Source of the DNA: an archaeon
GTDB taxonomy: Archaea; Iainarchaeota; Iainarchaeia; Iainarchaeales; CSSED10-239
Assembly (NCBI GenBank): GCA_035390665.1
Contig: DAOOUC010000002.1
Coordinates: 30,001 to 62,000 of the forward strand
Direction: 5' to 3'
Length of the DNA stretch: 32,000 bases
Made by a program: the position numbers and the translations under genes. The notes under the pieces are model-generated. The model made no database searches. It had not been told where the DNA came from and worked only from the letters and a program-made list of their open reading frames with translations. Shown in pieces: positions 16,397-23,976 of this stretch; position 1 is the first letter of the stretch, and each line of letters opens with the position of its first letter.

Positions 16397-17842
16397 CTAC
16401 TCATAATGCCAAGTGGTTCCTGTAGGGGAATCACTTAAGATAACTCCTTTCTTCTCTAATGTTAATCTAATGTTATCTGCGTCTTCCCATTTCTTTTCTT
16501 TTCGCAATTGATTTCTTTTGTTTATTTGTTCTTCAATCTCTGCTCGTTGTATTTTATTTTTGTCTTTTGGAGTGCTTTGATCAAAATTAAATACTTTAAA
16601 AACAAGATTAACTTTTTGTAAAAAATCAAGTATCTTATTTGCTTCTTCTTTTGTGAGTTGATTGTTATCCATCAGTTTATTAGTTTCTTTAATTAAAAAC
16701 CAAATACTTGCCCAAGCCGAAGGAGTATTAAGATCATCATTCATTGCGTTCTTAAAATTTTCAATAGTGTTGTCAATTATTTCTTTTGCATTATTTGTGT
16801 CATTTTCATTTGTTAAATCCTGTAATCTCTTAATATATTTATTTAGTCTTTCAATTGCTATCTCAGCATCTTCAATTGATTTTTCTGTATAGTTTTGTGG
16901 TTTCCTGTAATGTCCTGTACTAAAAAGATATCTTAAGCTTTCAGCAGAATGTTTTTTTAAAAAATCTTCAATGGTTATAAAGTTACCAAGAGATTTACCC
17001 ATCTTTTTACCATCAACCATAAGCATTGCGGTGTGTACCCAGTAGTTAATCACGTCTTGTTGGTAGTAACCATAATTTTGAGCAATCTCGTTTTGATGAT
17101 GTGGAAAAACATGCTCTATTCCTCCTCCATGGATATCAAATTTATCTCCAAGATATTTAGTGCCCATTACTGAACACTCTAGATGCCAGCCAGGATATCC
17201 TTCTCCCCAAGGAGATGGCCATTTAAGTATGTGTTTTGGGTCTGCTTTAATCCATAATGCAAAATCACTGTGGTGTTTTTTATTTGGGTCATTTTCAAAT
17301 CTTGTATTTTTTTCAAGTTCTTCAATATTTCTATTTGCGAATTTTCCGTAGTCTTTAAATTTAGAAATATCATAGTAAACATTTCCATTTACTTCATATG
17401 CAAATCCAGTTTTTAACATTTTTTTAATCCATTCTTGCATTTCTGGAATATGTGCAGAAGCTGTTGGTTCTAAGTTTGGTCTTGACATTTTTAAAGCATC
17501 AAAATATTTCCACATCCGATGAGAATATTTGTAAACAAGTTCCATAGGATGCATTTTTCTTTCAGTTGCTCTTTTCTCAATTTTGTCTTCTCCGGAATCG
17601 CTTAAGCCATCATCTGTTAAATGTCCAACGTCTGTTATGTTTCTAACATAAAGAATATCATATTCTAAAAAATGCTTAAAATAATTTACAAGTATATCAT
17701 AATTAACATAAGAGAAAGCATGCCCTAAATGTACATCGTCATAAATAGTAACACCACACACATAAATCTTAAGTGTGTTTGGTAAAACAGACTTAAATGT
17801 TTCTTTTTTTTTAGTTGCAGTATTATATAGTTTTATTGCCAT
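16397..17842 (-). CDS. cysS: cysteinyl-tRNA synthetase
   Basis: Shows CGVTIYDDVHLGHAFSYVNYD (HIGH) and KMGKSLGN (KMSKS), with a CysRS-like overall pattern including WHLEC. Confidence 0.95.
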   Translation of the reverse strand: MAIKLYNTATKKKETFKSVLPNTLKIYVCGVTIYDDVHLGHAFSYVNYDILVNYFKHFLEYDILYVRNITDVGHLTDDGLSDSGEDKIEKRATERKMHPMELVYKYSHRMWKYFDALKMSRPNLEPTASAHIPEMQEWIKKMLKTGFAYEVNGNVYYDISKFKDYGKFANRNIEELEKNTRFENDPNKKHHSDFALWIKADPKHILKWPSPWGEGYPGWHLECSVMGTKYLGDKFDIHGGGIEHVFPHHQNEIAQNYGYYQQDVINYWVHTAMLMVDGKKMGKSLGNFITIEDFLKKHSAESLRYLFSTGHYRKPQNYTEKSIEDAEIAIERLNKYIKRLQDLTNENDTNNAKEIIDNTIENFKNAMNDDLNTPSAWASIWFLIKETNKLMDNNQLTKEEANKILDFLQKVNLVFKVFNFDQSTPKDKNKIQRAEIEEQINKRNQLRKEKKWEDADNIRLTLEKKGVILSDSPTGTTWHYE

Positions 17843-17892
17843 ATATATCTTAGGAATAAAGCAATTAAAAATATATCTTCATAGATATATTT

Positions 17893-18900
17893 ATGGTTAA
17901 AACAATATGCCTAGGAATCGAAAGCACAGCACACACTTTTGGTGTTGGAATAATTGATTCTAATGGCAAGATATTAGCAAATTGTAAAAGACAATTTACT
18001 GTTAAAGACAAAGCAGAAGGACTAAAACCGTATGAAGTTTCTATTCATCATTATAATTGTGCAATTGAAGTTTTAACAGAAGCACTAAATGTATCGAAAC
18101 TAAAAATGAAAGACATTTCAGTTGTTGCTTTTTCTAAAGGCCCAGGTCTAGCCCCTTGCCTTTCAGTTTCTGCAACTGTTGCTCGTTGTCTTTCTGATAA
18201 ATATAAAAAACCAATAATAGGGGTTAATCATTGTGTTTCTCATATTGAAATTGGTAAAACAATTTTAAAATGTAAAGATCCATTAGTGATTTATACCTCT
18301 GGAGCAAACACACAAATTATTGCTAAAGACAATGGCTACTACAAGATACTTGGAGAAACACTTGATATTGGAATTGGAAATCTATTTGATTCTTTTGCAA
18401 GAGACATGGGTTATGGTTTTCCTGGCGGGCCAGTTCTTGATAAGGTTTATATGGAAAATAAAGAAAGAAAATATATAGAACTTCCATATTCAGTTAAAGG
18501 AATGGATCTTGCTTTCTCTGGGTTACAAACAGCAGCAAGAAGAAAAATATCAACTGAAAAAAAAGAAGACTTAGTTTATTCTTTTATGCATACAGCTTAT
18601 GCAATGCTTTTAGAAGTAACAGACAGGGCATTATCTTATACTAAGAAAAAAGAAATAATGGTAATTGGCGGAGTTGCAGCAAGTAAGGCGTTAACAGAGA
18701 TGCTTGAGAAACTAGCAAAGCAAAATAAAGTAAAACTTTATATTCCTCCTGCAATTGTTTGTCTTGATAATGGAGTTTTGATTGCAGATCTTGGATTAAA
18801 GCACTATCTTTACACATATAAAAAGAAAGGTGGAATGAAATTACAAGAAACAGAAATCAATCCAAAATTTAGAACAGATCAAGTTAAAATTGATTGGTGA
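17893..18900 (+). CDS. kae1: Kae1, tRNA N6-adenosine threonylcarbamoyltransferase (KEOPS catalytic subunit)
   Basis: Contains GIESTAHTFGVGI, the metal-binding NHCVSHIE and GGVAASKAL. It ends in TGA, one of only two TGA stops in the window. Confidence 0.9.
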   Translation: MVKTICLGIESTAHTFGVGIIDSNGKILANCKRQFTVKDKAEGLKPYEVSIHHYNCAIEVLTEALNVSKLKMKDISVVAFSKGPGLAPCLSVSATVARCLSDKYKKPIIGVNHCVSHIEIGKTILKCKDPLVIYTSGANTQIIAKDNGYYKILGETLDIGIGNLFDSFARDMGYGFPGGPVLDKVYMENKERKYIELPYSVKGMDLAFSGLQTAARRKISTEKKEDLVYSFMHTAYAMLLEVTDRALSYTKKKEIMVIGGVAASKALTEMLEKLAKQNKVKLYIPPAIVCLDNGVLIADLGLKHYLYTYKKKGGMKLQETEINPKFRTDQVKIDW

Positions 18901-18905
18901 AAACA

Positions 18906-19928
18906 ATGGAATCAGAAGATTTAATATTTGATTTAATTTATACTGCACTTAAAACAAAAGATAGAAGGCAAAAGATATTATTTAAAGATAGAGAATATGA
19001 GATATCAGAATCAGAATTAGAATCTATTAGAAAATATTTACTAACAATTCATCCGAATTATTCTAAAAAAATATACCCCGTTGTTAAAGAATTTAATGCT
19101 AATCAATTATCTATATTATTAGAAACAATAAGATATTTCAAAAAACAAGAAAAACCTGCGAATCAATTAATTAGTGAGATAAATAATATACACAAAGGAT
19201 TATTTCCAAACCACTTAAATTTTAAAACTGAACATACTTCTGGATGTTTAGAAACATATTCTGGGTTTATAAGAGCATTAGAATCTGGGACATTATACAC
19301 TACTAAAGTAAAAATAAATGGCAGATTAAAAAGAGTTTTTATAAAAACACCAATTGGGCATGTAAATATAAATAGTTCCAATAATCAAGGCTTCTTATCT
19401 TTTGCTATAGATCCGGAGACAATGACTGTTTATTCTTATAGGTTTAATGAAGAAGGTAAAATATTAGATAAGTCTTTAACCGAAGTTTATAATTTTGAAA
19501 AATATAAAAGCGAAATAAATACTTTATATAATGATTATTCAAAATCAGATTACTTACAAAACTATTTAGATTTTAGAAAAGAACTTTTGAATAGAGTTGA
19601 TTCAATATATGGAATTGAGAAAGTCGTTGATACTTTTTTAAGAATGGGTGGAAAGATAAATCCAGATAAATATTCAAATCCAGAATTTAGAGAAGAAATG
19701 ATTAAACATTTAGAAGAAAAATTTGGAACAGATAAACTTCTTAAATGGTCTTCAAAAATAAAAGATCCAAAAAAAGCAGCAGAAGCTAAATTGGAAATTT
19801 TAAATGTTTTATCAAGAAAATATGGGAAAGACTATGAAAGATTTTATAATTCTCATAAAAAAACCGCAGAAAAAGCAATAAAAATACAAAAATTAAAACA
19901 AAAACCAATAAAAATCAGAAGATTATAA
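18906..19928 (+). CDS. hypothetical protein (340 aa) translationally coupled to kae1
   Basis: The ATG at 18906 lies 5 nt after the kae1 stop, and a GGTGA SD overlaps that stop. No kinase or other motif could be assigned. Confidence 0.7.
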   Translation: MESEDLIFDLIYTALKTKDRRQKILFKDREYEISESELESIRKYLLTIHPNYSKKIYPVVKEFNANQLSILLETIRYFKKQEKPANQLISEINNIHKGLFPNHLNFKTEHTSGCLETYSGFIRALESGTLYTTKVKINGRLKRVFIKTPIGHVNINSSNNQGFLSFAIDPETMTVYSYRFNEEGKILDKSLTEVYNFEKYKSEINTLYNDYSKSDYLQNYLDFRKELLNRVDSIYGIEKVVDTFLRMGGKINPDKYSNPEFREEMIKHLEEKFGTDKLLKWSSKIKDPKKAAEAKLEILNVLSRKYGKDYERFYNSHKKTAEKAIKIQKLKQKPIKIRRL

Positions 19929-20010
19929 AGAAATCTATTTTTAAACTTATTTGTCTTATTGTTATTAAGAATAAATATATTTTAAATATTAAAAAGGAGT
20001 GAAAAAAGTC

Positions 20011-20355
20011 ATGAAAGCAAAATTTCATATACTTAAGAAAGTCGTAGACATGGAGAGTCCAAAGAAAAACTCAAAAGAAGAAAAAGCAGTTGAAGTAGCA
20101 ATTGATGAACAATTTGAATTAGAAGGCGGAATTTATGTATTTAAATTACTTGCAGCTAGAGCAAATGGTGCACAAATAGAATACGATAGACATTTTTCTG
20201 TAAAAGATGAACACAGAGGTTACGAATATAATGCAATATTTTATATTGGAGAACCAAAGATTGTAACATCTATGTGGGGTAAACAACAAGTTTCATATAC
20301 AATAACATATCTTGGAACAGTTGCAGGCTCTGAAAGTTCAGAAACATTTGAATAG
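20011..20355 (+). CDS. hypothetical protein (114 aa)
   Basis: An AGGAGTGA SD lies 9 nt upstream of ATG 20011; the track GTG at 19999 lies inside the SD. The product is not recognised. Confidence 0.6.
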   Translation: MKAKFHILKKVVDMESPKKNSKEEKAVEVAIDEQFELEGGIYVFKLLAARANGAQIEYDRHFSVKDEHRGYEYNAIFYIGEPKIVTSMWGKQQVSYTITYLGTVAGSESSETFE

Positions 20356-20400
20356 AGAAATTAAAATTCTCTATTAACTTATTTTTTATAAGGAAAAAAA

Positions 20401-20748
20401 ATGTATAAACAAGTTATTATTTTTAGAAATGATTTAAAATTAGGCAAAGGAAAGATTGCTGGGCAAGTATCTCATGCAGCAGTTGAAGCCTATATTCTTA
20501 CTTCTAAGAAAGATCCAAGAGCCACAGAATATTGGCTTGAAGAAGGTCAGAAAAAAGTTGTTTTAAAGATTGATTCTAAAAAAGAACTTCTTGAATTATA
20601 TCAATCAATAAAGAACAAATTTCCCTGTGTTCTAATCAAGGATGCTGCAAAGACTCAGCTATCAGAACCAGACATAACTTGTCTTGGCATTGGTCCAATC
20701 AAAGAAACAGAAATAGATCAATTTACAGGAAAATATAAGCTTTTGTAG
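20401..20748 (+). CDS. pth2: peptidyl-tRNA hydrolase, archaeal/eukaryotic Pth2 type
   Basis: 115 aa. KQVIIFRNDLKLGKGKIAGQVSHAAV is the typical PTH2 N-terminal signature. Confidence 0.9.
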   Translation: MYKQVIIFRNDLKLGKGKIAGQVSHAAVEAYILTSKKDPRATEYWLEEGQKKVVLKIDSKKELLELYQSIKNKFPCVLIKDAAKTQLSEPDITCLGIGPIKETEIDQFTGKYKLL

Positions 20749-20763
20749 ATCCGCAGGAATGTC

Positions 20764-20813
20764 GTGCAATATAAATGCACAAAATTACCAAAATTTGTGC
20801 AATGAAGATGCAC
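20764..20813. promoter_or_regulatory. operator-like array of four GTGCA/TGCAC half-sites
   Basis: Box 1 is GTGCA-ATATAAA-TGCAC (20764-20780) and box 2 is GTGCA-ATGAAGA-TGCAC (20797-20813), giving two palindromic boxes 33 nt apart. The inner arms form an 11-nt-arm palindrome (20776-20801, 10/11 matches). A TATA-like TTTTTAAAT follows at about 20817-20825, before ATG 20847. Confidence 0.4.
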
Positions 20814-20846
20814 ACTATTTTTAAATCCTTTTGTTCTGTATTATAT

Positions 20847-22106
20847 ATGGATAAAGAATATTTAACTCAGGTTGTTTTAGATCAAAATAATAGATTAAAG
20901 AAATTGTCTGAAGGATTACCACGAAAAAAATTAGACGACATTACTTCTTTTATTGATCACAAGATAAATATTGTTATTACTGGACACAGAAGATCCGGGA
21001 AATCAACATTTCTTTTACAATGGATGAATAAATTTTATAAAAACGATTATTATTACTTTGATTTTTCTGATGAAAGAATACAAGATTTTAAAACAGCAGA
21101 TTTCCAGACATTACATGAAACCTTATTAGAACAATTTGGAGAAAGAAAGATATTCTTTTTTGATGAAATACAGGGAAAACCCAATTGGGATAAATTTGTA
21201 AATAGATTATATACTGAAGGATATAGATTTTTTATAACTGGATCTAATGCAGAATTATTAAGTAAAGAAATATCTACTTATTTAACCGGAAGGCATTTTG
21301 ATATACAGATTTATCCATTCTCATTTGAAGAATATTTAGCCTATAATAAATTTGAAAAAAACCCAAAAATTACTGAGGGGAGAGTAGAAATTAAAAGATA
21401 TTTAAATGAATATATAAAAAATGGAGGTTTTCCAGAAGTTGTAGTTTATAATAATTCAGACATATTGGGTTCAATATATGATGATGTTATAAATAAAGAT
21501 ATACTTAATAGATACAAAATAACTGATGAAAATACATTTAAGAAATTGGCATTATTTTTAATTACTAATTTTTCTAAAGAATTTTCATATACTTCACTTA
21601 AAAATAATTTTAATATGGGTAGCACTCATACGGCAAAGAAGTATGTTTCTTATTTAGTAAATGCATATGTTTTATTTGAGTTAAATAAATACGACCCCTC
21701 TTTGAAAAAACAAGAAAATGTTGCAAAAAAGATATATTGTATAGATACTGGATTAATTAATCAAATAGCATTTAAGTTTTCAGAAAATTTAGGCAAACTA
21801 TATGAAAACACAGTATTTATTGAATTATTAAGAAGAGGTCACAAAATTTATTTTTATAAAGCAGAGAATAGTTGGGAAGTTGATTTTATAATTCAAGATA
21901 AGACAAAAATAGTTTCTGCAATACAAGTTTGTTACGATTTAACAGATAAAAAAACAAAAGAAAGAGAATTAAAATCACTATTGTATGCTTGCGATAAATT
22001 TGGATTAAAAGAAGGCACAATAGTAACAAATGATTTAGACAAAGAAGAAAAGATAAGCAATAAAGTCATTAAATTTATTCCACTCTGGAAATGGTTAATT
22101 AAATAA
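20847..22106 (+). CDS. AAA-type ATPase of the AAA_14/DUF4143 family
   Basis: Walker A is VITGHRRSGKSTFLLQ and Walker B is KIFFFDEIQ. The C-terminal nuclease-fold-like region WEVDFIIQD is typical of DUF4143 proteins. The start is moved to Met25 (MDKEYLTQ) downstream of the operator/TATA region. Confidence 0.8.
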   Translation: MDKEYLTQVVLDQNNRLKKLSEGLPRKKLDDITSFIDHKINIVITGHRRSGKSTFLLQWMNKFYKNDYYYFDFSDERIQDFKTADFQTLHETLLEQFGERKIFFFDEIQGKPNWDKFVNRLYTEGYRFFITGSNAELLSKEISTYLTGRHFDIQIYPFSFEEYLAYNKFEKNPKITEGRVEIKRYLNEYIKNGGFPEVVVYNNSDILGSIYDDVINKDILNRYKITDENTFKKLALFLITNFSKEFSYTSLKNNFNMGSTHTAKKYVSYLVNAYVLFELNKYDPSLKKQENVAKKIYCIDTGLINQIAFKFSENLGKLYENTVFIELLRRGHKIYFYKAENSWEVDFIIQDKTKIVSAIQVCYDLTDKKTKERELKSLLYACDKFGLKEGTIVTNDLDKEEKISNKVIKFIPLWKWLIK

Positions 22107-22208
22107 TATCACTAATTCTTGGACGCATCTTGAGTCAACCATCGAAGGATATATATATATCGGTTTTCTGTTTATTTATAAAATTAATAATTAATGGAGA
22201 TGATTAAA

Positions 22209-22832
22209 ATGCCAGGACCAAAACCAAAAATTGTAAGAGAAAAAGTAACACTTAAGAAAAGAATAATAAATGGTGCTGCAGTGGGATTATTGTCTAGTGC
22301 ATTATCTATAGGGGTAGCAGACAAAGTTAATAATCCAATGAGATCAACTGGTCAAAGAATTCGTACTAAAGCGGCAATTACACAAATAGATAAGCAAAGG
22401 GTAGATATCGGATCAAGAGCAGTAGAATATTATTCCAAGAATCCAAATTTAATAAGAGAAACTGTTAATTCTTATAATCAAAAAGCAAAATTAGGACAAA
22501 TTTTCTTCTATGATGGTAAAAAAATTAAATCTGTTTATTTTGATCAAACAAGATTAAGCCAAATTAATAGTATTATCCCAAGAAATGAAAAAGCAGAAAT
22601 TAATAATTTAATTTTAGAAAGAGTAAAACTTATTGAAGAAAATGCAATATACAATCCAACTTTAGGAAAGAAAATAATAGATAGAGTTGGAGAACTAGAT
22701 TATGCAAAATATTTATTGTCTTTGACTCCAAGAGAATTAAAAAATGCATTCCCTGAAGCAGAAACTGCAGTAAGAAAAGCGCTTGAAAATAGTAATCCAG
22801 AAATTCTTAAAAAAAATAAAAGCGGAACATAA
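22209..22832 (+). CDS. hypothetical protein with one N-proximal hydrophobic helix
   Basis: ORF with a GGAGATGA SD before ATG 22209. The helix is IINGAAVGLLSSALSIGVA; the rest is polar and not recognised. Confidence 0.6.
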   Translation: MPGPKPKIVREKVTLKKRIINGAAVGLLSSALSIGVADKVNNPMRSTGQRIRTKAAITQIDKQRVDIGSRAVEYYSKNPNLIRETVNSYNQKAKLGQIFFYDGKKIKSVYFDQTRLSQINSIIPRNEKAEINNLILERVKLIEENAIYNPTLGKKIIDRVGELDYAKYLLSLTPRELKNAFPEAETAVRKALENSNPEILKKNKSGT

Positions 22833-22920
22833 ATCTGATGCTCTTTCTGATATGATTACCAATTTTATTACAGGGCTACTAATTGGTGCAATGACTGTAA
22901 GAGGAAAAAGGATAAAATAA

Positions 22921-23064
22921 TTATTTATTATTTATTTTTCTTTCTTTTAATTCGTTTAGTGCTTTTATGGCAGTTTCATAAAGACATCTATTTCTTAAAC
23001 TTTTTTCTTTTTTTGCTTCTCTGTCAAGGGAGTTGATGATGTCTTCAATTTCTAAGTATGCCAT
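22921..23064 (-). CDS. possible 47-aa helical mini-protein
   Basis: ATG..TAA ORF below the track cutoff: MAYLEIEDIINSLDREAKKEKSLRNRCLYETAIKALNELKERKINNK. Nothing else occupies this 300-nt gap, and no SD is seen. Confidence 0.3.
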   Translation of the reverse strand: MAYLEIEDIINSLDREAKKEKSLRNRCLYETAIKALNELKERKINNK

Positions 23065-23129
23065 ATTTTTTCACAATTAAAATATATTTTATTAATATAT
23101 ATTTATGAAAGAAAGAGTATTTAAAGCTA

Positions 23130-23531
23130 TTATTTGCTTTCAAATTCAGAAATAAATTTCTCAAATATCAAGCCTTTTTCTTGAATTTCTGCCCTTTTTA
23201 TAGAGTAGGCTTTTTTTGTTTTTTTAAGCCCTGAAAGCCCAATAAAATACCATTGATCTTTACCAAGTCTCCAAGCAATGTAAGCCTTTAGACCACTAAG
23301 TTTCTCCCAAAGTATAAGTTCTTCAACTTGTTCTTCTCTAATGTTTAAGTATTCGCCTTTTTTGGTCTTACATTCAATGGCTAATGCCTTTCCAGCCCTA
23401 AAACCGAGGATATCTGGGGTAGGAAGTTGTGAAGAACCAGATCCGGCTACTCTAGATACTGCAAACCCCTTGTTAAAAAGAGCAAAAAGTAGTTCTCTTT
23501 CAGCATTTGAGCCTTTCTGTTTGTTTTTCAT
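23130..23531 (-). CDS. hjc: Holliday junction resolvase Hjc
   Basis: Contains KGSNAERELLFALFNKGFAVSRVAGSGS, PDILG and AIECKTKK (the E-x-K of the PD-(D/E)xK nuclease). The size of 133 aa is typical. Confidence 0.85.
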   Translation of the reverse strand: MKNKQKGSNAERELLFALFNKGFAVSRVAGSGSSQLPTPDILGFRAGKALAIECKTKKGEYLNIREEQVEELILWEKLSGLKAYIAWRLGKDQWYFIGLSGLKKTKKAYSIKRAEIQEKGLIFEKFISEFESK

Positions 23532-23683
23532 GGTCTTTTCTTCACTTTTAAAATACTATATTATATATAGAAGGGACTTATTTATATATGTTTTTGTCTA
23601 TTAATATATATATTAAATTAAAATTATTATTCAAACAATAGATTAAATTTTTTATTAAAGATTTTAAGTTTAAAGAAATTAAA

Positions 23684-23905
23684 ATGTTTCAAAAAGATCA
23701 AATAGTGACTTTGCATGTTATTTGTAATGCAAAGGAAACAGAGTTACAAAAGCTTGATGACAAGAGCTATAAGTTAAAAATTAAGGCTTTACCTATAGCT
23801 GGGAAAGCAAATAAGCAAATAGTTGAAATATTTAAAGATTTAGGTTATAATATTAAAATAATAAAAGGCGAAAAATCAAATAATAAATTGATTCAATTCC
23901 TTTAA
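23684..23905 (+). CDS. DUF167 / YggU-family small protein
   Basis: 73 aa. The segment KIKALPIAGKANKQIVEIFKDL....IKIIKGEKSNNK matches the P-x-x-GKAN ... G-x-x-S-x-x-K pattern of the family. Confidence 0.65.
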   Translation: MFQKDQIVTLHVICNAKETELQKLDDKSYKLKIKALPIAGKANKQIVEIFKDLGYNIKIIKGEKSNNKLIQFL

Positions 23906-23976
23906 ACTTGTCTTCTTTATTAAAAGATTATAAAGTCTATTTTTGAATGTCATAAATAAAAAGGAGTGACATTTAT

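Noticed and set aside
19359-19382. HVNINSSN in the kae1-downstream protein resembling the Bud32 catalytic loop HGDLTTSN
   Set aside because: It lies only 4 residues after the only candidate VFIK Lys motif. There is no Gly-rich loop or DFG at kinase spacing, so the resemblance is probably coincidental.
22834-22862. C/D-box-like string CTGATGC...CTGA...TGATTA
   Set aside because: The box spacing is about 5 nt instead of roughly 12 nt of guide. No terminal D box or closing stem is present.
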